Shown in pieces: positions 41,658 through 52,547 of a stretch of DNA of 64,000 nucleotides (positions within the stretch are counted from its first letter, which is position 1; each line of letters begins with the position of its first letter). The notes under the pieces were generated by a model. The model made no database searches. It saw only the letters and a program-made list of their open reading frames with translations, and was not told the DNA's origin. The stretch spans positions 51,464 through 115,463 of the forward strand of contig CAWDSY010000010.1 of assembly GCA_963805115.1 (NCBI GenBank), written 5' to 3'. This DNA comes from Methanobacteriota archaeon (GTDB lineage Archaea; Halobacteriota; Bog-38; Methanoflorentales; Methanoflorentaceae). The position numbers and the translations under genes were made by a program.

Positions 41658-42719
41658 ATGATGTCAGACAAGCTAGACGGTTTGCGGAACTTGCTTGAGC
41701 GGCTGTCAAATGCACACGGCGTTTCCGGGCACGAAGGGAGCTCCCGCGACATACTCACGCACGAACTCACGCCCTACGTCGATGAGATCAGGATTGACGC
41801 GTTCGGCAATCTGATCGCAACAAAATCAGGAAAAGGACCTTCCGTAATGCTCTCTGCACACATGGATGAGGTTGGCCTTTCCGCCAAGTACATTGACGAA
41901 AATGGGTTCATATACTTCATCGGTATCGGCGGTTGGTTCGACCAAACGCTGCTAAACCAGCGCGTGCGACTCCATGGAACCAAAGGAGACATTCCTGGAG
42001 TGATCGGTTCTAAGCCACCGCATATTCTCGAGGAGGAGGAAAAGAAAAAACCAATCCCGATGAAGGATATGTTTATCGATATCGGTGCCGCCAGTGCCGA
42101 GGACGTCGAAGGCCTCGGCGTGCAAATCGGCACGCCCATCACGATCGATCGCCAGTTTACCCCACTTTCGAGCAACTTCGTTACGGGAAAAGCCCTCGAC
42201 GATCGGGCCGGATGCGCGATGATGATCGAAGCCATGAAACGCACCAAGGCGACGACCACCGTGTTCGCGGTCGGTTCGACGCAAGAGGAGGTCGGCCTGA
42301 AGGGTGCCAAAACGGCGTCATTTGGACTAAATCCCGACGTTGCCATCGCCACGGAGACCAACATTGCCGGAGACCACCCAGGCATCGAAAAGAAGATGGC
42401 GCACTTGGAGCTCGGCAAGGGCCCCTCTGTCACCGTCGTCGACGGGGCTGGGCGCGGCCTCATCACCCCCGACTCAGTGCTTCGCTGGATCGAAGAGACG
42501 GCTCAGAAGGCGCGGATCGCGTACCAGCGCGACGTCAGCTCGGGCGGCACCACAGACGCCACGGCGATCAACCTCACGCGGGCGGGGATCCCCGCCGGCG
42601 TCGTCAGCGTCGTCACGCGGTACCTCCATACGCCCGTCGAGGTTCTCAACCTCGAAGATCTCGACGCCGCCGCCGAACTCATCGCCCGCATGCTCGAGAC
42701 CGTCGCGGACTACTTTTGA
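41658..42719 (+). CDS. M42 family aminopeptidase (TET/FrvX-like)
   Basis: GVSGHE, SAHMDEVG, GKALDDRAG, QEEVGLKGA, GGTTDA, RYLHTPVE. Confidence 0.95.
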   Translation: MMSDKLDGLRNLLERLSNAHGVSGHEGSSRDILTHELTPYVDEIRIDAFGNLIATKSGKGPSVMLSAHMDEVGLSAKYIDENGFIYFIGIGGWFDQTLLNQRVRLHGTKGDIPGVIGSKPPHILEEEEKKKPIPMKDMFIDIGAASAEDVEGLGVQIGTPITIDRQFTPLSSNFVTGKALDDRAGCAMMIEAMKRTKATTTVFAVGSTQEEVGLKGAKTASFGLNPDVAIATETNIAGDHPGIEKKMAHLELGKGPSVTVVDGAGRGLITPDSVLRWIEETAQKARIAYQRDVSSGGTTDATAINLTRAGIPAGVVSVVTRYLHTPVEVLNLEDLDAAAELIARMLETVADYF

Positions 42720-42764
42720 CGCTCGGAAGCGCTCAACGGGGCCGAAACTCGCGCGTGTGAGAGC

Positions 42765-42773
42765 TTTTATATA
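42765..42773 (+). promoter_or_regulatory. TATA box of the cimA-ilvBH operon
   Basis: TTTTATATA; implies a transcription start near 42795-42800. Confidence 0.7.
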
Positions 42774-42809
42774 GTTATGGCTTCCTTTTACAGCAAGGAA
42801 GTGACTACC

Positions 42810-42830
42810 GTGAGGGATCGCTTTATTTAA
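42810..42830 (+). promoter_or_regulatory. SD-led leader mini-ORF MRDRFI* overlapping the cimA frame
   Basis: GGAAGTGA (42797-42804) then GTG AGG GAT CGC TTT ATT TAA; cimA is in the +1 frame. Confidence 0.55.
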
Positions 42831-44298
42831 CGACATCAAGTTTTTCGACACGACGCTGCGCGATGGAGAGCAAACCCCTGGTGTGTCGCTCACTGCCGAG
42901 AAGAAACTGTGGATTGCTAAGGCCCTAGACAAACTCGGCGTGGACGTTATCGAAGCGGGATCCGCTGTCACGTCGGAAGGAGAGCGGACCGCCATAAAAG
43001 CGGTCGCCAACGAAGGATTGCGCCCCGAGATATGCAGCTTCGCGCGCGCCCTTCGGGGGGATATCAACTACTGCCTCGAATGCGACGTTGACTCAGTGCA
43101 CCTCGTCGTGCCCGTGTCGGATTTGCACATCGAAAAAAAGTTGCGCAAGGATCGAGATGCCGTGCTGCGCATGGCCGTGGAGACGACGGAGTACGCCGCC
43201 GAGCACGGCCTCATAGTGGAGCTTAGCGCCGAAGATGCGTCACGAGCGGACGGCGATTTTCTGCGCGAGTTCTACCGTCAAGGCGTCGCCGCAGGCGCCA
43301 AACGGCTCTGCTACTGCGACACCGTTGGCGTGCTCATCCCCGATCGCACTGCCGCTCAGTTGGCTGGCCTCGCGACGATAGCACCCCTAAGCATCCATTG
43401 CCACGATGATTTCGGCCTCGCGACGGCGAATTCCATCGCGGCCCTTTGGGCGGGCGCGACGCAGGTGCACGTGACGGTGAATGGTCTGGGTGAGCGTGCG
43501 GGAAACGCGTCGCTCGAGGAGCTCGTGATGACGCTTGAGTCACTGTATGGCCACCCAACGCGCATCAACACGACCGAGCTCTACCCTATTTCGAGGCTCG
43601 TGAGCAGGCTTACGGGCGTGCCCGTTGCCCAGAACAAACCCATTGTCGGAGAGAACGCGTTCACGCACGAGTCAGGCATCCACACCCACGGACTGCTGGC
43701 AGACACCCGGACGTACGAGCCGATCACCCCTGAGATAGTGGGTCGAGAGCGACGGATTGTGCTCGGAAAACACGCGGGCAGCGCGTCAGTGCGCCTCGCG
43801 CTACAGGAGCTCGGTCTCGACGCGGACGATGAGCAACTGAGCGATATACTGAAGCGCATCAAGGAGCTAGGAGATAAGGGAAAACGCGTCACCGACGCCG
43901 ACCTGCAAGCCATTGCCGATGCTGTGCTCGAGATCAATCGCGAGGCGCGCATAAAGCTGCAAGAGCTGACGGTCGTGTCGGGAAACATCGTTACCCCGAC
44001 CTCGTCAATCAAACTCTCAGTCGACGGCCAAGACGTCGTCGAAGCGGGCATCGGTCTCGGGCCGGTTGACGCCGCGATAAACGCGCTTAGAAAGGCGATA
44101 GGAAAGCTTGCGGATATAACGCTCGAAGAGTACCACGTTGATGCCATTACCGGCGGCACCGACGCATTGGTCGAGGTGTGGGTGAAGCTGAGCCGAGACG
44201 GCCACGTGATCACCGCGCGCGGCGCGCGCGCCGACATCATCATAGCGTCGGTTGAAGCGGTCGTTGAGGGCGTAAATAGGCTACTAACGTTGAAATGA
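42817..44298 (+). CDS. cimA: (R)-citramalate synthase (LeuA/CimA family); no canonical start before the DRE motif
   Basis: Frame extends upstream of the listed ORF as [23 protein letters not shown]; [21 protein letters not shown], LeuA-type regulatory domain; precedes ilvBHC. Confidence 0.85.
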   Translation: MALFNDIKFFDTTLRDGEQTPGVSLTAEKKLWIAKALDKLGVDVIEAGSAVTSEGERTAIKAVANEGLRPEICSFARALRGDINYCLECDVDSVHLVVPVSDLHIEKKLRKDRDAVLRMAVETTEYAAEHGLIVELSAEDASRADGDFLREFYRQGVAAGAKRLCYCDTVGVLIPDRTAAQLAGLATIAPLSIHCHDDFGLATANSIAALWAGATQVHVTVNGLGERAGNASLEELVMTLESLYGHPTRINTTELYPISRLVSRLTGVPVAQNKPIVGENAFTHESGIHTHGLLADTRTYEPITPEIVGRERRIVLGKHAGSASVRLALQELGLDADDEQLSDILKRIKELGDKGKRVTDADLQAIADAVLEINREARIKLQELTVVSGNIVTPTSSIKLSVDGQDVVEAGIGLGPVDAAINALRKAIGKLADITLEEYHVDAITGGTDALVEVWVKLSRDGHVITARGARADIIIASVEAVVEGVNRLLTLK

Positions 44299-44311
44299 TA
44301 GGTGAGATGCA

Positions 44312-45985
44312 ATGAACCTGAGCGGTGCCAAGGCACTTTTGAAAAGTCTCGAATACGAACACGTGGATACGATTTTCGGCATCCCAGGAGGCGTCGTCAT
44401 ACCCATCTACGACGAACTCTTTAACCAAGATGCCATTACGCACTACCTCGTGCGCCACGAACAAGCAGCAGCACACGCGGCAGATGGCTACGCGCGAGCA
44501 ACCGGGAAAGTAGGTGTGTGCATGGCCACATCAGGTCCCGGCGCAACGAACCTCGTCACAGGGATCGCGACCGCCTACATGGATAGCGTGCCCCTCGTCG
44601 CGCTTACGGGTCAGGTGACCACTGATCTCATCGGCAACGACGCCTTTCAAGAGGCCAACATAACGGGCATCACACTCCCGATCACGAAGCACAGCTACTT
44701 GATTCACGAAGCGAGCGAGATTCCACAGACGATAAAAGAGGCGTTTCACATCGCATCCACCGGTCGACCAGGTCCCGTCTTGATCGATATCCCAAAAGAC
44801 GTGCAGACGACGAGTGCCCGGTTTGAGTATCCGAAAAAGGTGCACTTGCCCGGGTATCAGCCGACCTACGAAGGACACCCCGGTCAGATCAAGCGCGCTG
44901 CGAAGGCCATTAACGAGGCTCACCGCCCCGTAATCTATGTCGGAGGCGGCGTCAAGATCAGCGGGGCTTCCGAAGAAGTCCGTGCGCTCGCCGAATCTAT
45001 CGTGGCGCCGGTCACGATGACGCTTATGGGCATGGGGACGTTGCCCGCTGAACATCCACTGTCGCTGGGAATGCTCGGCATGCACGGGACAAAGTACGCG
45101 AACTACGCCGTTACCGAATCAGACCTCATCATCGCGATCGGGGCGCGCTTCGACGATCGCGTAACGGGCAAAATCGCGAGCTTCGCCCCCAACGCGAAGA
45201 TCATTCACATCGACATCGATCCGGCCGAGATCGGCAAGAACGTCAGAGTCGACATACCGATCGTCGGCGACGTGAAGCGGGTGCTCCAAAAACTGATTCC
45301 GCTTCTCAAGGATACGCGCACAGAAGAGTGGATGGAAAAGGTGCAGACGTGGAAGCGCGAGTACCCGCTTGAATTCGGCGAGACAGGCTTAAAGCCACAG
45401 TACGTCGTGCGAGAGATAAGCAGACTGTGCCCAGACGCGGTCGTGTGCACCGAAGTCGGGCAACATCAGATGTGGGCTGCGCAATACTTTAGCCACCGCC
45501 ACCCGCGAAACTTCATCTCTTCCGGAGGCTTGGGGACGATGGGGTACGGGTTCCCCGCGTCCATCGGAGCGAAGATCGGTCGGCCCGAAGAGACCGTCTT
45601 TGACCTTGCCGGAGACGGGAGCTTCACCATGAACTGCCAAGAGCTTGCCACAGCGGTCGCCTACGACGTTCAGGTCAAGGTCGCGATCTTCAATAACGGC
45701 TACCTGGGCATGGTGAGGCAATGGCAAGAGCTCTTCTACGACCGTCGGTACAGCCAGACGAAGCTCTCCGAGATCAACTTCGTAAAGCTCGCCGACGCGT
45801 TCGGCGCTCACGGAATACGCGTGGACTCGCCGAGCGAAGTAGCGCCCGCCATCGAAGAGGCGCTTGCGGTGCCAAAGCCCGTTATCATCGACTTCAGAAT
45901 CGAACCCGAAGAGTGCGTGTTCCCTATGGTTCCAGCAGGAGCGGCGCTTAACGAAATAATCGACGCAAAGAACGGGAGGGTGTAG
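44312..45985 (+). CDS. ilvB: acetolactate synthase large subunit
   Basis: [44 protein letters not shown]. Confidence 0.97.
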   Translation: MNLSGAKALLKSLEYEHVDTIFGIPGGVVIPIYDELFNQDAITHYLVRHEQAAAHAADGYARATGKVGVCMATSGPGATNLVTGIATAYMDSVPLVALTGQVTTDLIGNDAFQEANITGITLPITKHSYLIHEASEIPQTIKEAFHIASTGRPGPVLIDIPKDVQTTSARFEYPKKVHLPGYQPTYEGHPGQIKRAAKAINEAHRPVIYVGGGVKISGASEEVRALAESIVAPVTMTLMGMGTLPAEHPLSLGMLGMHGTKYANYAVTESDLIIAIGARFDDRVTGKIASFAPNAKIIHIDIDPAEIGKNVRVDIPIVGDVKRVLQKLIPLLKDTRTEEWMEKVQTWKREYPLEFGETGLKPQYVVREISRLCPDAVVCTEVGQHQMWAAQYFSHRHPRNFISSGGLGTMGYGFPASIGAKIGRPEETVFDLAGDGSFTMNCQELATAVAYDVQVKVAIFNNGYLGMVRQWQELFYDRRYSQTKLSEINFVKLADAFGAHGIRVDSPSEVAPAIEEALAVPKPVIIDFRIEPEECVFPMVPAGAALNEIIDAKNGRV

Positions 45986-45988
45986 CGG

Positions 45989-46489
45989 ATGAAACACACC
46001 GTATCTGTCCTCGTTCAAAATAAGCCCGGCGTGCTCGCGCGAACCGCTGGCCTTTTCAGCAGACGAGGCTATAACATCGAGAGCCTGACCGTCGGCGTTA
46101 CCGAAAACGAAGCCGTTTCGCGTATGACCATTGTTGTGACCGGCGACGATACCGTGGTCGAACAAGTCACCAAGCAGCTCAACAAGCTCATTGAGGTCAT
46201 CAAGGTGAGCGATCTCACCAAAGAGTCGTACGTGAACCGAGAGCTCGTGCTCATAAAAGTCACCGCTGACAGCTCAAATCGAGCGGAGATTATGCAGATC
46301 GTCAACATCTTCCGGGCGCGAATCGTCGACGTGGCGCCCAAGAGCCTCATCATCGAGGTGACCGGTGATGAGGGAAAACTTGACGCGCTCATTGGTATGC
46401 TCAAGCAATTCGGCATCAAGGAGATCGTAAGGACGGGCACGCTAGCCCTAGGGCGAGGGCCCAAGGTGATACAAAGCGGCAAAGACTAG
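45989..46489 (+). CDS. ilvH: acetolactate synthase small subunit
   Basis: [39 protein letters not shown]. Confidence 0.96.
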   Translation: MKHTVSVLVQNKPGVLARTAGLFSRRGYNIESLTVGVTENEAVSRMTIVVTGDDTVVEQVTKQLNKLIEVIKVSDLTKESYVNRELVLIKVTADSSNRAEIMQIVNIFRARIVDVAPKSLIIEVTGDEGKLDALIGMLKQFGIKEIVRTGTLALGRGPKVIQSGKD

Positions 46490-46683
46490 AGCGGGCGCTG
46501 TGACCAAGAGATGCCGAGCGACGAAAATCGCTAAAGCGCAGCCGGATATCACGTCCCGATAGAGGGCGAGGGACGCGCTGCTGGGATCGGTCTCAACGCG
46601 GGCGGCACACGCTCGTGATGCCACAAGCTTTTTTACACAGCTCATAAACTAAGAGACGATTGACGGAAAATGGAGGGGTGAAT

Positions 46684-47670
46684 ATGGTTCAAATCTTTTA
46701 TAACGAAGACGCTGACCTGAAACATCTAAGCGACAAGAAAATCGCAATCATCGGTTACGGCAGCCAAGGGCACGCCCAAGCACAGAACCTCAAGGACTCG
46801 GGACTAGATGTTCTCATCGGTCTGCGCAAGGGGAGATCGTGGGATCAGGCGCTAAAAGACGGTTTTGACGTGCTCAGCGTCGCAGAGGCGGCAAATCGCG
46901 GAGACATCGTGCAACTGCTTCTGCCCGACGAACGCCAGGCAGCGGTGTATAAGGCTGAAATTGAACCGCAGCTCCAAGAGGGGAACGTGCTATCGTTTTC
47001 GCACGGCTTCAACATTCACTATAACCAGATCGTTCCCCCGGCATACGTGGACGTAGTCATGGTTGCGCCCAAAGGTCCCGGCCACCTCGTACGGCGCATC
47101 TATACCCAAGGGGAGGGCGTCCCGGCACTGGTGGCCGTGTACCAAGATTACACGGGTAACGCGTTCCAGACAGCACTCGCGTATGCCAAGGGCATCGGCG
47201 CCACGCGAGCGGGCGTGCTAGAGACGTCGTTTAAGGAGGAAACAGAGACCGACCTGTTCGGAGAACAAGCCGTTCTCTGCGGCGGAACCACCGCGCTCAT
47301 CAAAGCTGGTTTTGAAACGCTGGTTGAAGCAGGCTACAAGCCTGAAATCGCGTATTTCGAGTGTCTGCACGAATTGAAGCTCATCGTCGACCTTATCCAC
47401 GAAGGCGGGCTCTCGTGGATGCGCCATTCAATCAGTGACACGGCAGAATACGGCGATCTCACCAGAGGCGAGCGCATTATTACCCATGCGACGCGCGACG
47501 CCATGAGAGGGCTGCTCAAGGACATTCAAACAGGGGAGTTCGCACGGGAATGGATACTTGAGAATCAAGCTAACCGCCCCGTGTTTAACGCACTCACGCA
47601 ACGAGAGAGAGAGCATCCAATAGAAACGGTGGGCGCAAAGCTCCGTGCGATGATGACGTGGCTCAAGTGA
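46684..47670 (+). CDS. ilvC: ketol-acid reductoisomerase
   Basis: [42 protein letters not shown]. Confidence 0.97.
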   Translation: MVQIFYNEDADLKHLSDKKIAIIGYGSQGHAQAQNLKDSGLDVLIGLRKGRSWDQALKDGFDVLSVAEAANRGDIVQLLLPDERQAAVYKAEIEPQLQEGNVLSFSHGFNIHYNQIVPPAYVDVVMVAPKGPGHLVRRIYTQGEGVPALVAVYQDYTGNAFQTALAYAKGIGATRAGVLETSFKEETETDLFGEQAVLCGGTTALIKAGFETLVEAGYKPEIAYFECLHELKLIVDLIHEGGLSWMRHSISDTAEYGDLTRGERIITHATRDAMRGLLKDIQTGEFAREWILENQANRPVFNALTQREREHPIETVGAKLRAMMTWLK

Positions 47671-47904
47671 CGGCGTGCTTGAATGGCCCCGGTTCTTAGT
47701 GCAGATGCGTCACCGTGCCCCACAATGATCAACGAACGCTGATGTATCGGTTCACGAATCCCGTCGCTGTTTGACTTCTGTATTTGACGGTCTGCAGCTG
47801 ACGGCTCTTTCTTGCTTGGCCTCGCAAATAGCTAGCGTCTGCGTGCGCAAACTCTTATACTCTCGCGGAGAATTAGAGGGCGAGAAGGCTATGGTGGCCA
47901 CCAT

Positions 47905-48467
47905 ATGACCCAACCTAAGCGCATCTGTAGTATCGGAGCGATTGTGTTTCTGATTTTGCTGTCCACGGCACTTGCGACTCACGCTCTGACAAGCGTTACC
48001 TCGCTTACGCCGGTGAAAGCGATGCGCGACCAAGGCTTGCCCCAGCGTGGTTTTTTGGACAGGACACTGGCGCGGCACGCAGCCCGGCGATGGTATACGC
48101 GCTTGTGATAGACGCTCCAATTGCTCAGAGCGAGATACCTAATGTTTTAGTCCCCTCGACGATTCCGTCTGCTGAACCGTCGCTTCCTACAGCTAGCCCA
48201 ATGCCGCAACCGGCCGCGGCCTCAACGAACGGCACCAACGGAACTGCACCGACCAGCGGCGGGAATGGTGTTGACCTCGGCAAGATTATCGGCAGCATTT
48301 CGCCCTACCTCATCATCGCTCTAATTCCGCTTCTTTTTGTCATCGGAGCCTTGTTTTATTTCTTTTTCACGGACGATCAAGATCGCGGGGTTCCGAGCGA
48401 CGAAAACGAGGCAGACGTTCAATTCGCCGACGCAGGCGAAGATACCGGGTGGAGAGAACTCAAGTAA
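47905..48467 (+). CDS. hypothetical exported/membrane protein, possibly one gene split in two frames
   Basis: 47905-48108 has a signal-like N-terminus; 48090-48467 has a Pro/Ser/Thr linker, TM helix and acidic tail. Confidence 0.5.
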
Positions 48468-48749
48468 GCTTAGGTCTGATAATTTCACGGTTGCCCCAGA
48501 CAGGCAGGGCTACAGCGTTAATAACGCTACAGACAGTGCAGCTTCTGCACACCAAAAAAGAGGCGATCGCCGCCCGATGGGGGGTTGCATCACCGCCACA
48601 AAAAATTCGCAAACGCCCAATCAACGGTTATTTCTGCTTCTAAACGGGCAATTGATAAAACGTTATATATTGTGCGGATCATCAGAGGGGTGTGAACTAA
48701 GGCTTGCACGACGCGCACAAAAACAGCGCTGGACGTCGGGGTGAACGCG

Positions 48750-49013
48750 ATGCCGGACAAACAGGATATCATAAAAAAGAGCGTCGATATTCTCGCCCGT
48801 ATCGTTGGGGATGATTCGGTGCCGAGAAATATCCGCCGCGCCGCCGACGAGGCCAAAACGAAGCTGCTCGATCGAGAGGAGTCCGAAGCTGTTCGCGCAG
48901 CGTACGCGATTTCGATACTCGACGACATAAGCAACGATCCGAACATGCCGCTCCACACGCGAACACTCATCTGGAACGTAGCAAGTCAGCTTGAGAAGGT
49001 CTCGATGGAATGA
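48750..49013 (+). CDS. UPF0147 family protein
   Basis: [31 protein letters not shown]; SD GGGGTGA. Confidence 0.93.
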   Translation: MPDKQDIIKKSVDILARIVGDDSVPRNIRRAADEAKTKLLDREESEAVRAAYAISILDDISNDPNMPLHTRTLIWNVASQLEKVSME

Positions 49014-49319
49014 TTCATAGCTCAAGGGCCCAGAGTTAGGGGCCACGTTTGAACTCGACCCTCGTAATGGTCACTTTTTTACTTAGATGCGCGACCCGTC
49101 TTTGCGACCGTCATGGCGCCGAACGGATCAACGGCTAAAGAGAGATCGTCGCATTTGCTCATTGCACATAATAAAACGACCTATAAGCATTTTTTCTGAT
49201 TTAGAGCGCGATATGAGATGCGACAAAGTGCGGCGCGCTCGTCAAAGAGGAATAATAATATAACATAACGTACGAGTAGTTTTGCGCTTCTCGGAGCAGG
49301 AGTAACGTACGGTGACCTA

Positions 49320-49601
49320 ATGGACGTTGACGAACAGGCCAAGAAGATAAAGCGTTGGGCCAAGAGGTACGCAGAGAAACAAGGAATCCAACTCAATCCT
49401 GACGAAGAGCGAGTCGATGAGGTCGCAAAGGGTCTCGCTGTCAGGCAGGAGAAGTTCGGAAAGCGCTACTGCCCGTGTCGTATTATTACGGGAGACACCA
49501 AGGAGGATCGAAAGATAATCTGTCCGTGCGTGTACCGAGAAGAAGAACTCAAAGAGCACGGCATGTGTCACTGCAAGCTTTTCAGTACAACAGAACAGTA
49601 A
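49320..49601 (+). CDS. ferredoxin:thioredoxin reductase catalytic-subunit-like protein
   Basis: YCPCR, ICPCVY, CHCKLF motifs. Confidence 0.92.
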   Translation: MDVDEQAKKIKRWAKRYAEKQGIQLNPDEERVDEVAKGLAVRQEKFGKRYCPCRIITGDTKEDRKIICPCVYREEELKEHGMCHCKLFSTTEQ

Positions 49602-49613
49602 AGAGGGTCAGGT

Positions 49614-50054
49614 GTGAAATCAAGGGTTAGCATAAGGTATATCGCGCTTATTGCTGCGCTATGCTTGCTCAGCGTCTCGATGAGTGGGTGCCTCAACATC
49701 AATCAGTCAGGTTACGAGTTTAAAAGCGGGATAACACCACCTGCAGTAGTTAGCAACTTGATGCAGAACGGACCGGTCATCCTGTTCATCACGCAGAATA
49801 ACTGCCCTGATTGCGAGCAGGCAAGACCACTGATAGCGGGTCTTCAATCGCAGTACAATGGCACGAACGTAACGTTTGTTAACTTCAACATCGACAATAA
49901 CAGTACGTCAAAGAACGTCGCCCAAGCCTATGGCGTGACCGCGACCCCGACAACCGTTGTGTTACGGAAGGGCGGGAGCGCCGCGATCTTCGTGGGTGTC
50001 TTCGACCCGAGCACGGTGAAAAGCGCCATTAACGACGCACGCAGCACGTACTAA
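49614..50054 (+). CDS. exported lipoprotein thioredoxin
   Basis: Signal peptide with lipobox-like MSGC; CPDC; cis-Pro loop ATPT. Confidence 0.85.
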   Translation: MKSRVSIRYIALIAALCLLSVSMSGCLNINQSGYEFKSGITPPAVVSNLMQNGPVILFITQNNCPDCEQARPLIAGLQSQYNGTNVTFVNFNIDNNSTSKNVAQAYGVTATPTTVVLRKGGSAAIFVGVFDPSTVKSAINDARSTY

Positions 50055-50062
50055 GGAGACGC

Positions 50063-50731
50063 GTGCAAATGGAAGTAAACCCGCTGATCGCATTCGGAGC
50101 AGGGCTGATTAGCATTTTTTCTCCCTGCGTGTTACCCTTGCTACCGGCCATAGTCGCCTCATCAACGGATCGCGGCAGATACCGGCCTCTCGCCATCATT
50201 CTGGGCTTAAGCATATCGTTTACGAGCATGGGACTCGTCGCATCCGCTTTTGGCTCCGTTTTTACGGCGTATAGCTATTATCTCTTCGTAGCGGCGATAG
50301 TCTTGATTATCGCGATGGGGTTCTGGATGCTCTTCGATCTCCATTTGCCCTACAATATGCCGCGATTGGGCATAATCGACAGGGTGTCAAGAAAGACGTA
50401 CGATATTCCGACTGAAGGCATAGCAAGCGGGTTGGCTTTGGGGCTAGCACTCGGGATCGTGTGGCTTCCGTGTACCGGACCGGTTCTCGCCACCATATTA
50501 ACATGGGTGGCGGCAAACGGCAATATTGCGACGGGCGGACTGCTGCTCCTGATCTACTCGCTCGGCTTCGCTGTCCCTATGCTCGCTATCGCCTATTCGG
50601 CCCGCCTCTCGTCGTCTCTCGCCGGAAAATCGTCTCTGACCATTTGGATCAAGCGCGTCGCCGGCGTAGTGCTCATTGCCGTGGGCGTGTACTTGGCCCT
50701 CCCGTACCTCTCCATGCTTACGCAGATATAA
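50063..50731 (+). CDS. ccdA: CcdA/DsbD-like transmembrane disulfide reductase
   Basis: FSPCVLPLLP and VWLPCTGPVL; six TM segments. Confidence 0.92.
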   Translation: MQMEVNPLIAFGAGLISIFSPCVLPLLPAIVASSTDRGRYRPLAIILGLSISFTSMGLVASAFGSVFTAYSYYLFVAAIVLIIAMGFWMLFDLHLPYNMPRLGIIDRVSRKTYDIPTEGIASGLALGLALGIVWLPCTGPVLATILTWVAANGNIATGGLLLLIYSLGFAVPMLAIAYSARLSSSLAGKSSLTIWIKRVAGVVLIAVGVYLALPYLSMLTQI

Positions 50732-51064
50732 TACGGTTTTCTAGCTAGATACTCGTCTTCAAGCGGGGCTTACCTCAAAATAACTGCGATGCTCAGAGCG
50801 GGGCAGTGAGATAGCGGGTCTTGTGGGCCCGCTCGGTCGCTGCATTCTCAAGAGGCTAAGAAGCCGTTGTTCTCATTTCCGGGCATGCAATGCTATGTAA
50901 GACCAGCGATGTCTAGTCACGAGGCGGCGCGATCAATCCAGACGCGGCTTCGAGGCCAAGCGCGTAAGATAATGAGAGTATAGTTCAACTAGTAGGATAC
51001 GTTCTATCTATACAGTGAAAAGGTTGTTCCGTATCGAAAACGCCGGACAAAAAGGGGGGGAATT

Positions 51065-52238
51065 ATGAACACCCATACCGTTGCACAGAAAACAAAGGGT
51101 ATCGTGATCGCCGTTGTAAAGGAACAGGCCCCGCGTGAGCAGCGCGTTGCGACCGTGCCCGAGGTGGTCCAGAAACTCACGGCTTCGGGCTACGAGGTCC
51201 GGATCGAGCACGATGCGGGAGCGGGAGCGTTTCTACCCAGACGACCTCTATGTTGCTGCCGGTGCGAAGATCGCGCCCGGTCGGGCCGAACTGCTGGACG
51301 GTGCAACAATCGTGTTGTGCGTGCAGCCCCCGACCATAGCCGATGTCGAGATGCTCGCAGCGAGCACGATCGTCATCGGGTTCATGAACGCGGCAAACAA
51401 CCTTGCAACCGTCGCACGGATGCGTGACCGCAAGGTCACCGCCTTTGCCCTCGAGCTTGTCCCGCGGCTCACCCGCGCCCAGAGCATGGACGCGCTCAGT
51501 TCCCAGGCAACGGCCGGCGGGTACGCAGCAGCGATTTTGGGCGCATACAACTGCCCCAAGTTCCTCCCGATGCTGACAACGGCCGCGGGCACGATCCGGC
51601 CGGCAACGGTGCTCATCCTTGGCGCGGGCGTGGCCGGCCTCACGGCGATCGCCACAGCCAAGCGCCTTGGCGCCATGGTCGAGGCATACGATGTCCGGCG
51701 TGCCGCGGGCGAACAGGTCCGGAGCCTCGGCGCGAAATTCCTCGAGCTTGAGATCAATGCAGAAAGTGAGGGCGGCTATGCCCGCGAGCTCACGCCGGAA
51801 GAGAAGGTGAAGGAACAACAGATGGTCTCTGCCGCGGTGGCGCGGGCTGACATCGTTATCACGACTGCCAGCGTCCCCGGCCGGAAGGCGCCGGTCCTGA
51901 TAACGAAAGAGACCGTCGCAACGATGCATCCGGGCGCCGTCATCGTCGACCTTGCTGCTGAATCGGGCGGCAACTGCGAGCAGACACAATGTGGAAAGAC
52001 GGTAAAGGAGCACGGTGTCACTATCGTGGGCCCGCAGAACCTCCCGGCCCGGGTCGCGTTTCACGCGAGCCAGATGTACGCAAGGAACCTCCAGTCGTTC
52101 CTCTCGCTCCTTGTTAATGAGGACGGGGCGCTCACCCGCGAGTTCACTGACGAGATCCTGGCAGCAAGCCTCCTTGTGAACGCGGGCGAAGTGCGGCATC
52201 AACCAACGCTTGACCTCATCAGCGGAGGGAGACTGTGA
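51065..52238 (+). CDS. pntA: NAD(P) transhydrogenase alpha subunit part 1; 1-nt frameshift near 51231
   Basis: KE..PREQRVATVPE..AGAGAF in one frame continues YPDDLY..RAQSMDALSSQ..GAGVAGL..DLAAESGGNC in another. Confidence 0.92.
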
Positions 52239-52546
52239 TCGAGATCACTGCGTTCTGGATTGCTATCTACATCGCAATGTTGGCGGCATTCACCGGCTAC
52301 GTTACCATCAGCCGTGTCCCCGCCATCCTACACACACCTCTGATGAGCGGCTCGAACTTCATCCACGGGATCGTGCTCGTTGGGGCGATGGTAGCGCTCG
52401 GCCTTGCCAATACGCCTACAGAGCAGGTGATCGGGTTCATGGCAGTTGTTCTCGGGGCAGCGAACGTGACTGGCGGTTATGTTGTCACGGAACGGATCCT
52501 CCAGATGTTCGACCGTGGCGGAAAGAGGCCCGGCAAGGAGGCGTGA
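52235..52546 (+). CDS. pntA: NAD(P) transhydrogenase alpha subunit part 2 (membrane)
   Basis: VPAILHTPLMSGSNFIHG, NVTGGYVVTERIL. Confidence 0.93.
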   Translation: MIEITAFWIAIYIAMLAAFTGYVTISRVPAILHTPLMSGSNFIHGIVLVGAMVALGLANTPTEQVIGFMAVVLGAANVTGGYVVTERILQMFDRGGKRPGKEA

Positions 52547-52547
52547 C

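Noticed and set aside
42777-42830. Longer 17-aa leader [17 protein letters not shown] starting at ATG 42777
   Set aside because: The ATG is only a few nt after the TATA box, upstream of the expected transcription start, so the GTG starts are preferred.
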